NCBI GenBank assembly: GCA_000934665.2
Contig: JYFJ02004028.1
Location: 1-35,462 of the forward strand
From: Catajapyx aquilonaris
Lineage: Eukaryota
DNA length: 35,462 nucleotides
Direction: 5' to 3'
Position 1 is the stretch's first letter. The number at the start of each line of letters is the position of its first letter. The notes under the pieces were generated by a model that saw only the letters and a program-made list of their open reading frames with translations, ran no database searches and was not told where the DNA came from. This document shows, piece by piece, positions 18,701-28,941 of the stretch. The position numbers and the translations under genes were made by a program.

Positions 18701-21700
18701 GAGAAACAAATAAATTTGGGAGTTTTCTGAAGTTTTCCGAAGTGCCAGAAAGCCACAAATAAGTATTAATTTATTTCTCGCAAAGCACGATGATTTCAGC
18801 AAATTGCTCTGGTCTGGTTCTCAAAGTTGTTGTTCTGCATATTTTCACGCATTTCATAATTAAATCAGCCTAAAAGTTGGGCGGCAGTAGTCCAATTTCG
18901 AGTTATTATAGCCCTTTTTTGGAAATTAATTTAGGGACTTCTAGACGAGTAAAATGGTTCCAGACACATTCATAGGGTTTTCCTAGATCTCGTAAGTATA
19001 GCTGTTATTATTTGCAAAATATCTTGTCCGTATCTTCGGAGTACGCGTAAGCCGAAAACTGTGTGGTTCGGGCCGATCTGGGGCTGAAGGGGTTAATGTT
19101 TGGCTGAGTATGCAAGAGGAATGCAGGTCATTGGCTGATCAAGTTTGTAAAATGAATAACTCGGGACGATAAATGAATAAATTCACAAGTCATGTTTGCT
19201 ATAAGTTATATAATTTTCAATTTCTGTGAAGGGGTAGTGAGAAATCATATTCAAAATTAGAAATCATATTCAAAATGTTTGACTCCTTCCCCATACACAT
19301 GTTGACTCATCACCTAGGTGCATGTAGTTACCATAGTTATCACTTTGCGCGTTCGATAATGACAGAACACAACAGGTTCACTCTATAGTAGTCAGAAGTT
19401 GTGACACACCTCAATCGAGGCGAGACATGTGCTTGATATAGCACCTTGGTGGGCTTTATCTGCATGATGACTCATCACCAACATGCACGTAGTACTTTCC
19501 CCCTGAGAATGGCAGTAATGTGCAGAGAGGGAGCCTATGAGCCAACTGGTAGTGACCTATAATTCCTTTTGAAACTAGTTACACCTGAGATGATGACACT
19601 CTCCAAGGAGAGGCACACATATTTAGTCTTAAACGTTTCATTTTGAGCATTAGTGAATCCTTGGTCAATTCCAAAATTTGTAGTGGGTTACATGTGCAGA
19701 AATGGTTGGAAGACAACATGAAGTCACCTAGGCATGCTTTAGCTTCTTTCAAAAACCAGCTCCCACCCACTGCCTTATCTGATTGCCATGCTACTCTGGA
19801 TTGCACACCACAATAACTGAAGGCAATAAGATGTTCCAAAAGATGCAGAGTTGTCATGCCTTGCACATGACAATTTCTGATGTACAGAACCATGTGTCAA
19901 ATACATGACAAGTGACAATCTACATCTTGGAAAACTTCATATTGACCAGTTATTGTGGTGGGCCATCCAGAGGAGGTGGAATTCAGGTAAGATGGTGGGT
20001 GGGAGCTACTTTTATGGGAAGATAGCAAGTATACTTGCTTCATTGCTGCTTATTTTTCCATGCAGCTGCTCATTCATGTGTGTACTACATTCATGGGCTA
20101 CCTGACTCACAGCGAGAACTGCATTAATACTATCTAAAACATAGGTGCCCATTCAGATGCCTATTCCTGGCCTGGACCTGATCATTATTATAATCTCAAA
20201 TCACCGAAGCAGGTTGGTGTAGTGGATATGGAGTCCGCCTGCTAATCGGGAGGTCCTGGGTTCGAGGTTCGAATCCCGGTGCCGGCAACCCTGACCGTGG
20301 TTTTCTGTGGTTTCCCACGGTTCCTCCAGGTGAATACCGGAGTTGTTTCCTAGTTAATAGGCCACAGCCGCTTCCTTCCATCCCTATCCCGTCCCAAAAA
20401 GCTAAATAAAGTTTACAAGAGTTCCAGCCAAAAAAACAAATCTCCCCCCTAAAATGCCATAACGGCTTCAATGGGGTATGAATTATTATTATAATCTCAA
20501 ATCTTGACTAGCAAAAATATCCATGGGCCTCAATCGTAGTCAAAAGTAGGAGTATATTAATGATGGACATACAGGGTGTACGAGGGGCGTTCATAAAGTT
20601 CGCAACGTTTTTATTCAGGAGTTTGATATTCGATATTAAAATGGGGCACCAAGTAGAGACATTCTTGGGCTGATCACAGGATATTTCACCATCCCTATAT
20701 GAATCATATTATAAAAGGGAGGAAAAAATTTAGAGTAGTGCAAAGTGCAGTGAGTCTTCTCTACCCTACCCTACCTAACCTAGGCTGAGAGAAATGGACT
20801 TTTGTAAAACCGTGCTATACGTAACTGAGCAATTCCATATGTTGCACCCCACACATCGCACGCAATTTTTGAACTTTGACGTACGATTTAAATGGGAAAA
20901 CAGAGGTTTCAAGTCATGCATTTCACAGGGCATTTAGTAGACAAGTGCAGCTTTCGAGATGTGAAGGTTCGATGAAAAATAAAAATTTGTTAAGGTTTTA
21001 TAGCCCTGTAAACTTTTGTTGCACCCCATAACGCGAAATATACAGCAGGAAAAGTGACCTGTGAGTCCATTCACATTCCTGTGATTGGTGTGAGTAAAAT
21101 AAGCTGTGGTTTTCACAGAAGTGTCGAATAGGCTTCCTGCTAACTTTCTATGAATGCATTTTGCTCTTATGACCATTGGCCATTACGTGACAGTCATCCA
21201 GAGTCGTTGCACCCCAAACATGAGAAACGTTGCACCCCATTACGTGCGAATTTGGACATAGAGAACTGCACAAAATACCACATACACTTCAATAATGGAC
21301 ATGTTATTCATCTGTATATGCAATACATTGAGGTCAGAGACGGGCAGTATTTAAATACAAATGAATTTAAATAATTTTTGAATTTAGAGATGTATTTATA
21401 ACTACATTGGTTCTCCTGTATTTAAATACCATATTTCAATACATTTCTGAGTATATAAATAGAGAAGTATTTAAATACATATCGTAAATACTTTCCCTAA
21501 CTCCCTTTTAATTTATATTGGCATAATTCTTAATTTTGAAACCTAATGAAAGAATTGATATAAAAGTAGAAATTTGTTATGTATTCTTATCTTTATCCAA
21601 AGAATGACGGTAAGAAATGAGTCGCACATTAACAAAAAATGTATTTGAAATGTATTTACAAAAGTATGTAAACACTTTTCACCCATTTAGCATTTAGTAC

Positions 21701-24180
21701 ATGTATGTAATTACTTTCTTATGAAGTATTTAGCATTTAGCCTTTAATTACATTTTTATGCAGTGTTTAGTATTTAGCATTTAATTACATTCAAGTATTT
21801 ATTGCCCATCACTGATTGAGGTGCACAAAATCCCCTAACCCATGCATACAGTATATAATATTGCTGTCTAGATGTACAGACAATTTTCAGCATTATATAC
21901 CAATATGTGCAGAGGACGACAAGCAAGGTTGAGGTTATGGGCTTCAACCTGGTGCCTGATTAAAATAAATGGTTCTTCATGTGAAACTCTCGCTTAGCTA
22001 AAATTTGCAATTTTAAGTGCTTTACCATAACATGGAATTAAATGCGCATATTTTGATCACTTCGCATGGTTTATCATACGTTAAAAAGGCGCCAGGTTGA
22101 AGCCCATAACCTCAACCTGGCTTGTCTGCCTCTGTACCACTCTATTTCGTTTAAATGGGAAACCAGCTATGTTGCACCCCACACCCGTGCCACGTGAGGG
22201 GTGCAACGTTGCACCCCATAACAACTTTCTTCTCAATACTGCCAGGAAACGGTGGCATGCTATGACTTCCAATTCACAGGAGACATTGTTCACCATGTAT
22301 AGTCAATGAATATTTTGAAACTAGCACCTCTGCCCTAAAACCCACTCAATGGCATAAACTTTTGTATCTATTTCGTTGCACCCCACACACCGTGCAGAGT
22401 CCACTTCTGATGCGAAGGTCAACCACTTAATGTCGAATAACTGTCCTTATCCGCCATGGATCGCGGTCATATTATCCTCAACTTGAGCCCCGTACAAAGA
22501 GAAGTGAAGAAATATTTTTGAAAGGTCCCATTTAAGCCTGTCAAAATTCATGTGATTTCATGCATAACTTCACATTCAGAATGTAACACATTCAAGTGCG
22601 ATTAATTTTACCAGTTCAGGTTCCACTTGAAAATTAATTTCAGATTCTTAAAATTTGGTTCTTTCTGATTCCAACGATGTATCACTCAATGCCACCACGT
22701 AATTTTCAATTTTTGTCACAGGTGTTTACTTTTTCGTGGAATTGCTCAACTGTGGGGATTGGTCCCCACTGTAATAGTGCGAAATACTGTGTGCATCGCT
22801 GTGGGGACCGAAAAATGTCCCAGAGTTAGGTGCTGTCCCCGCAGTTACGGTAAAAACACCGATTTTTGTCCTCAGAGCTAATGTACCACAGGAACACAAT
22901 GTAGGGCCTAACCACATATCCTCCTGAGACCTGGTGTCAACATATGTCGACATCAGCAAACAAAATTTTGGCACCAACTAATGATGCCAACAGAACTGTA
23001 ATCTGTTGGTATCCCATGATTACAATCTGGCCTCAATAGGTGTAGCCACCTAGTGTTGAATATCTCACTTTGGCCGCGGAAATTAAATCGCTCATGAAAA
23101 TGGCAGATTCCACTGCTGAAGCTAGGAGCTCATCTGATCAGTTTAATTTTTTACTCATATTTAGAGTGCGATTTGTGCAATGCAGTGAATGTCCTGGGAT
23201 TCTCAAGGAATGTGTATTAGGAAATACTAAAAGATGTGTCTGTGACAATCTTTGTTGCTGTAGAGAACTGGTAATTTTCTTCCTGACAACCAAAGTAACT
23301 CTTCTTCCCCTCCTGAATTTTGACAATTTTTGGATTTTCTAATTCTGCTTGGCCTATAGTGTTGAGAAAACATCACCTCTGCTGCTAATTTCCACGTTAG
23401 CAGGGTGAAAATACAGCCAAAAGGCGATGTTCCGAAGCCACAACCCTGCATCCGGTCACGAGTCACCGGTCCCGGCTGCCCGCTCGCAGTCGCCTTTCAC
23501 TGCGTCTGTAGCGCTCTCCGGTGCCGCGAAGGAGAAGGGTCATATCGCATGTTTTGAAGTCGAAGGCGATTATAATAATGGATAGCCTTCGAGTCCTGGC
23601 TCTCCATTATTATAATCGAGCCTGGAGGGGTGGCATGCAAAAATAATTTCATTTATCTTTAATTGTCTTCTGAGAGGAATTGCTACCACGAATTCCACAA
23701 ATGAATTTTAAAAACATTGTTTATAGGATAGAGCACTATGTTAGTGATCCATTAAGTGGTATTTAAATTTTCGGCTTTTATCCGTTCTGCTTTTGTAGCA
23801 GCAATTGGGTCCTAATGTTCTCATTGGTTGTTTGTCAATATTTTAAAGCTAAAATTTTTTTCTCGTTTCTTATTGGGAAAATGTTCAGAAAATGCAATAG
23901 GAACTGTCATTGCGTTAAAAATTCTTCTCAGACCTCAGGAGGATATACTGCCACACAGAGCCACACATATTGCATTCATTATTTTATCTTGCAGGTCTGG
24001 TCGACTATGGTTCTCATGGAGATGCACGATTGCCTCGATATAGAGGATCTGTTCCACCATCTACATTCAAGGAGGGCAATGCAACAGAAATTCCACCAGA
24101 AGAAATATCGAAGGAGAAGAAAAGTCGCTGGCGGCGGATTGTTTTGCTCATCGTGGCTATCACTGTTCATAACATTCCAG
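12712..24180 (+). CDS. SLC39A11: Zinc transporter ZIP11/SLC39A11-like (GufA subfamily), first four coding exons; 3' part lies beyond the window
   Basis: Exons 12712-12819, 14884-15121, 15183-15272, 23995-24180 with GT-AG and matching phases. Translation MIEGWNPVAQAFLGTLFTWGLTAAGAGLV..RKLLDASLGFAAGVMLAASYWSLLAPAI..WRRIVLLIVAITVHNIP(E) is the ZIP11 signature. The expected next exon (EGLAVGVGFG..QNFPEG) was not found in 24181-35462. Confidence 0.93.
13157..13414. repeat. Inverted repeat / small MITE-like element
   Basis: TATATGCAGACCTTGGTGGAAGAATGATCAAGGTCCAC (13157-13194) versus GTGGACCTTGATCATTCTTCCCCCGAGGTCTTCATATA (13377-13414); interior has a (GTGGTC)n-like run. Confidence 0.75.
14101..14513. 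mobile_element. Fold-back MITE-like element
   Basis: CAGCCCCCCGCAACT / AGTTGCGGGGGGCTG outer match and an inner arm pair of about 105 bp (14131-14237 / 14366-14471); explains the near-identical peptides of ORFs 14130+ and 14380-. Confidence 0.8.
16199..18290. repeat. Decayed element marked by dispersed TTTGGTTYRTTACC motif
   Basis: Copies at about 16199, 16352 (inverted), 17800, 17819, 18007, 18186; region ends in GCGCCCCC-TTAA. Left boundary not identified. Confidence 0.45.
16523..16812 (+). mobile_element. tRNA-derived SINE with V-domain-like central region
   Basis: A box GTGGCCGAGTGG, B box GAGTTCGATCCC, central GTTCTCCCCGTGCTCGCGTGGGTTTTCTCGGGG, (ATT)n tail, perfect 15-bp TSD ATATGGCAGACAGCA at 16508-16522 and 16813-16827. 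Confidence 0.92.
18295..19092. mobile_element. piggyBac-type MITE with about 360-bp TIRs
   Basis: TTAA-CCCCTTCAGCCCC ... GGGGCTGAAGGGG-TTAA; TTAA TSD at 18291-18294 and 19093-19096; arms almost identical in their outer 250 bp. Confidence 0.93.
19750..20015. repeat. Degenerate inverted repeat, possibly a pogo/Tigger transposase internal fragment
   Basis: AGCTCCCACCCAC..CTCTGGATTGCACACCACAATAACTG (19757-19819) is complementary to CAGTTATTGTGGTGGGCCATCCAGAG..GTGGGTGGGAGCT (19946-20007); with frameshifts it resembles the LPPH.THL.QPLD motif. Confidence 0.6.
20203..20484 (+). mobile_element. tRNA-derived SINE (family with three copies in window)
   Basis: A box TGGTGTAGTGG, B box GGTTCGAATCC, body GTGGTTTTCTGTGGTTTCCC..AGGCCACAGCCGCTTCCTTCC; 19-bp TSD ATTATTATAATCTCAAATC at 20184-20202 and 20485-20503. 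Confidence 0.92.
21335..21814. mobile_element. hAT-type MITE
   Basis: CAGAGACGGGCA / TGCCCATCACTG termini, exact 8-bp TSD ATTGAGGT (21327-21334, 21815-21822), internal GTATTTAAATAC-type repeats. Confidence 0.9.
21907..22137. mobile_element. Small MITE-like inverted repeat (about 50-bp arms)
   Basis: AGGTTGAGGTTATGGGCTTCAACCTGG / CCAGGTTGAAGCCCATAACCTCAACCT core match; arms 21907-21957 and 22087-22137. Confidence 0.75.
23567..23618. repeat. 21-bp stem hairpin
   Basis: CGATTATAATAATGGATAGCC - 10 nt - GGCTCTCCATTATTATAATCG, one mismatch. Confidence 0.8.
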
Positions 24181-24509
24181 GTAAAACGAGCCAGCCTTTG
24201 AGTTTACAACACTGAGAGTGTAGCCAAGGAATATGAATATTACATTTTGAAGGCACATTCATGGCTTCATGTCATTGGATTGATAATGACATGTTTGGGG
24301 GGTCCTAACAGCAAACAATATCGTGATGTCTGTTCTAAAGGTTTATAAAAAAATCTAATATGCTGAAAATCGCACTTCGTATGTTTTAGACTTGTTCTCA
24401 TGAAAAAAGTCTTATACAGGGTGATTCTCTCGCTAGGAAATCCAAACATTCCTCAGTAACTTTTTAATTATTGTATGGTTCCTTATGAAAATTATTGACA
24501 TGTACAGCG

Positions 24510-25249
24510 CGTAGGTTGAGTCAAAAGTCATGGCGCGTATTTTTCAATTCAAAAGGAGTAACACTTACGGAGATGATCTTAGCTACGTTTTGAAGCTCTG
24601 GAGATTACAATTTGATTTGGTATGTAGATGTTGCCCATATCGCAATGGGGGCAGGGAAACANACACACCATCGCCCTAAGACAGCGCTTGGAGCTGTTGG
24701 GCGCTGCATGCAGGACACTCGGCGATGGACAACACAGGAGCTTGATTTCGAGTGTTGGACAAGTTACAGCACTATGCTTAAGACTGTGAAAGACTGAAGG
24801 GTCTCAGGAACTTGGCATCCTCACTGGTTCCTCACCATTTCTCTGAAGGGCAAAAGTGGCGCCTCTTTGCCTTCGCAGAAAAACAGTTGGAATTTTTTCA
24901 CCTTGAGGGCGATGGTTTTTTTAAACATATTGTGGATATGGAGGACACGTGGCTATGGTCATAGTGCTCTGACTTGTCCCACACTCGAAATTAAGCTCCC
25001 ATGTTGTCCATCGCCAAGTGTCCTGCATGCAGCGTCCAACAGCTCCAAGCGCGTCATGCTCGGGCGATGCTGCGGTGGTGGGTTCACGATCGCTTATTTG
25101 TTTCCCCACCCCCATTGCGATATGTGCGACATCTCTATACCAGATCAAATTGTAATTGCCGGAACTTCAAACGTACCAAAGGTCATCTCTGTAAGTGTTA
25201 CTGTTTCTGAATAAAAAAATATGTGCCATGACTTTTGACTCAACCCACA
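24510..25249. mobile_element. Mariner-derived fold-back element (two 5' ends)
   Basis: GGTTGAGTCAAAAGTCATGGC / GCCATGACTTTTGACTCAACC termini; arms about 265 bp; both encode a decayed HTH-like AVGRCMQDTRRWTTQEL peptide; interior has a frameshifted WVPHHFSEGQKWR (mariner WVPHEL motif). Confidence 0.85.
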
Positions 25250-25309
25250 TACTTACCTTGTGTGTTGGTAAACAAAGTCTGCCTAGACTCCTAGTGCATA
25301 ATTATACCG

Positions 25310-25560
25310 AAAATGGTCCCCTCCAGCATCCAAGCACTTTGTTTGGGAGTCTGGATATTGGCGAAGATATGTGCTAATGTATCATCATAATGGCAGGAAC
25401 CTCCTGCCGTATCATGTCTTTGAGGGCGTCAATTGTTCACGGCTTGTTGCTGTATACACGGCCCTTCAGTAAACCTCACAAGAAGAATCAGGTGGCGTCA
25501 GGTCTGGTGATCTTGGCAGCCACAGATTTTTCGAAATTAATTGGCGGACTGCTCTGAGCT
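25310..25560 (-). pseudogene. Tc1/mariner-superfamily transposase C-terminal remnant
   Basis: With frameshifts and stops reads LWLPRSPDLTPPD(FFLW)GLLKGRVYSNKP*TIDALKDMIRQE..KCLDAGGDHF; the TA-CAGGGTG at 24415-24423 is its likely 3' terminus, separated by the 24510-25249 insertion. Confidence 0.82.
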
Positions 25561-26190
25561 CTAGGGGGTGTCCACTTGCCACCTGAGCCACCTTTTGTTG
25601 CCCCTGGTGGCTCACATTACCTTCGTTAAACCTGTAAGAAATTTTGAACGGACACGTAATGTTTTCATAATTCATCAGAGGGACTGGGCAATCATATAGA
25701 ATATATTATCCTGGATTTTTTCGAGGGGTGGAAGCCGCCTTTCAAAAACTGCGTAGATGTCGCAATGGGATGACGTCACCTTCTCATACATAGCATATGA
25801 GGTGGTATATGGCTCTCTCAAGATGCAACTCAGGTTTGTAGGTCTCGGATGCTTCAGCCCCATCTTGTGCATGAATCGAGAGTGAAACCAATGGTGCCAG
25901 ATCCAGTGATTTTCACCTAGGGCGCTATTTTTAAACCCCCCGCCCATACAGTGCAGAATCCCGCAGGAGACAAAGGGTTAAATATGGTAACACTGCACTG
26001 GCATGAGAAGCATAGTAAAAGAACTTTCTCGTTCAATTTTGTCTGAAGTCCATGTGATGTCACTCGTATGTCAGAATTGAAGGAAGGACTTGCATATTCT
26101 ATTCACCTTGCATTCCACCATTCACCTTCATGGATCATACATTGAGAATCACTGCTCTCAGGTGTAACACCATGAGCTAGAATGCTAGCG

Positions 26191-26365
26191 CAGTGGTTCC
26201 CAACCTTTTCGGGCCACGACCCCCTTTCATGAGAGTCAAGTAACCTGCGGCAAAATTTCCTGTAAGATTTATTGCAAGTAAAAATTACTGTGGCCACCAC
26301 GCGACCCCCTTGAAAAGGCTTCGCGACCCTCAAGGGGGTCACGACCCACAGGTTGGGAACCATTG
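26191..26365. mobile_element. hAT (Charlie/MER5-like) MITE
   Basis: CAGTGGTTCCCAACC / GGTTGGGAACCATTG TIRs; 8-bp TSD TGCTAGCG / TGCTAGAG (7/8). Confidence 0.9.
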
Positions 26366-26543
26366 TGCTAGAGGGTGGTTCTGTCAAAAGAATAATTTCC
26401 TAAAAGCCCAGAAAATCAGGCCCATGAAGGGAAATGCAGGCTGGCCATACTGCATCAACTGGTATTGAAGTTTTTATGTATCTACAATGCCATGGGCATT
26501 CCAGAGCCATGCTGACAATCAGAAGCATAGAGTTTTAGTACTA

Positions 26544-27143
26544 CAGGTAAAATCTTGTTACAACGAAGCCCGCAGGACTGGGGAAATCTTTTCGTAATAA
26601 CGGAATTTCGTTAAATCGAGATTGGTTATTTTTATTTCCCCAGCAAGTATGACCGAATCTGTCAACTCCTGGCACACCTGTAGGTCGTCATCTGCGGCTA
26701 CAAAATCGTGAAAGGTAACTTCATCCGGCACGCTGGTGCTTTCAGCGTCAGACCTCTACAGAGACAGGTCGTCAGGGTCATCCGAGTCTCACCATCCTGG
26801 TCACTCGCCAAAACCGACACTGCTGACTCCTTAATGCAACTTCTACCCCAACATTTCACGATTGTTGACGGTGTTACGCATGACCACACACTCGCTTATC
26901 GCTAGACAGTGCTGGAGCACATGTGGCGGAGCATTGCACTAATGCATATTTCGTTATATCGAGTTCAATACTAGCCGGGGAACCACCTTTCGTATTCGTT
27001 TACTGAAAATTTCGTAGTAACGCATTTTGTAATAACGGGATTACAAATTCATTGCTCTTACAGCTGGCCAACCAAAATTATATTTTTATTGCGTTCTATT
27101 GAAATTTCGTTGCATTGGTATTCGCTAAAACGAGATTTTACTG
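26544..27143. mobile_element. pogo/Tigger-like MITE
   Basis: TA-CAGGTAAAATCTTGTTACAACGAA / TTCGCTAAAACGAGATTTTACTG-TA; subterminal TTCGT(A/T)ATAAC-like repeats. Confidence 0.82.
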
Positions 27144-27475
27144 TATATGAACAGTTTCACTGCAATCATGAAGCACTTACCTGTCAATGCAGTCCTTTCT
27201 CTCTATTTTTCTCCAAAAAAACTCTCACAGTTTTTCCACCTGCATAAGTATATGAAAATCCTCATGTAGTAGAACTCTTCAAGCAGTTCATAAACACCAA
27301 TGGTACTGTTTTGGGATTCTTTGCCCTGGCCCTTGGGTTATGTGCATGTGTTGCCAAACCATGCTTTTTAGTTTGATTCTTGGATCATAATAATTATTAA
27401 TCCTGCATCCATCTCCTGAATCATTATTAGGAGAGTAACAAAGGCAGGCCAGGATGTTTTACATTGTCATATGTA

Positions 27476-28045
27476 TGTGGTGCGTCTGAAAGGTGAATGT
27501 TACCGTAACAGCAACAAAACAGAAGGTACATAGAAATATATTGCCTTTATTGGCCTTCAAAATGCTCCTCATCAGACACAACGCACTTTTGAAATAGTTT
27601 GTGAAGCTTTTGAAAAGAGTGAGAAAAATTTATCTTTAGACTCCCCTCCAGATCTGTTGTCACATGGACCTGAACCTCCACGGAGCCCACAAACCACGAT
27701 CCCTTCATGAATCCTTTAAGGATCAGCATGGTATCACTGTTTCGGATCACCTACTGTACTCCCCCAACCTTTCTCTTGATCACTTTTTTTGTTTAATAGC
27801 CTTTACTTTGGGGATCAGGCTTTGTGGACGTTCAGACCCATGCATGGCCGTGTGACAACAGAATTATCTGGTGGGAGGGTCTAAAGATAAATTTTTCTGG
27901 CTGTTCCCAGAAGCTTTACAAACAAGATCAAAAGTGTGTTGTGTCTGATGGAGAGCACTTTGAAGGCTAATAAAGGTAATTCTTATGTACCTTCTGTTTT
28001 GCTGCTTTTATTGTAACATTCAGCGAACTTTTCAGGTGCACCACG
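27476..28045. mobile_element. Mariner-derived fold-back element (two 3' ends)
   Basis: TA-TGTGGTGCGTCTGAAA / TTTCAGGTGCACCACG-TA termini; arms about 180 bp, each with a decayed FQKL..KCVVSD(E/G)EHFEG* C-terminus; interior HLLYSPNLSLDHFF resembles the mariner HPPYSPDLAP.DF motif. Confidence 0.87.
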
Positions 28046-28232
28046 TACAAACTGCTAGTTCTACTGCAATGGGATTTTCATATTCTTCTTCAGGTGGAAA
28101 AAAATTATTGATGGCTAATATTAAAAGGTCTAGAATGGAGTGAAGATTTGACTAGTTGTTCTTTCCCTTGCAACAATTTATTGTAGTATTGATATGATGT
28201 GCTCATGTCTTATGGTTATAGCCCTTGAAGTA

Positions 28233-28941
28233 CATGGTGTTTCACTAGGTAGTCCCCCTAAAGAATCAACTCTATTTTTCTTTCCACTCTGCCTAGACAT
28301 GTGATGTTTGGTTTAAAAGTTAGCTTAGTTCATGGGAATGTAGACCTATTCAAAATATAAGATGTAATTGACATTCGCCGACCTCTACATGCACTCGAAC
28401 GTGACACGACACAAATCACCTTATTATTGCAGGTCCTTCCCATAATATCGACATTAACAGTCTGTATTGGTTCACTGATGTTGCTTTCCTAGTCTTATAA
28501 CGTTGAGGTTGATTGTTGTAAGTACAACTTTTCAAATATCCACATTTGCGGCTCTTTGGCATGTAAAAACAGAATACCCAGTTTCTTGTGACAAACGTCG
28601 TAGTGATTTTTTTGGTGATTCCAGCAGACTGTGCTCAACTTCTTCAATTTTTTCTTCCTCTAAAGGAGGTCATCTGCCACGGCATTAGTCTGAAACAATC
28701 AGTGCAGCAATCCGGGCTGTTAATGTCAATATGCTGTGGAGAACCGTCGATAATAAGGAGATCCACGTCAAATTGTGTTTGAGTGCTCATAGAGGTCGCT
28801 GAAGGTCAATTACAGCATTTATTGTGAATGGTGCTATATTCCCATGAAAGGTACATTTTAAACTAAACATCACATTTCTAGGTTGAGTGGGAAGTAAAAT
28901 ACAGCTGGTTCTATGGGGGGACCACCTAGTGAAACACCCTG
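28233..28941. mobile_element. Tc1/mariner-type MITE with long TIRs
   Basis: TA-CATGGTGTTTCACTAGGT / ACCTAGTGAAACACCCTG-TA; arms complementary for about 200 bp. Confidence 0.85.

Larger units (their letters stand above)
20841..22385. repeat. Decayed element with dispersed GTTGCACCCCA motif
   Basis: Direct copies at 20841, 21018, 21206, 21229, 22171, 22208, 22375 and one inverted at 22198; interrupted by two younger insertions. Confidence 0.65.

Noticed and set aside
20841..22385. CRISPR-like array from repeated GTTGCACCCCA
   Set aside because: Repeat is only 11 bp, spacing is irregular (23 to more than 900 bp), one copy is inverted, there are no cas genes, and the context is a eukaryotic intron.
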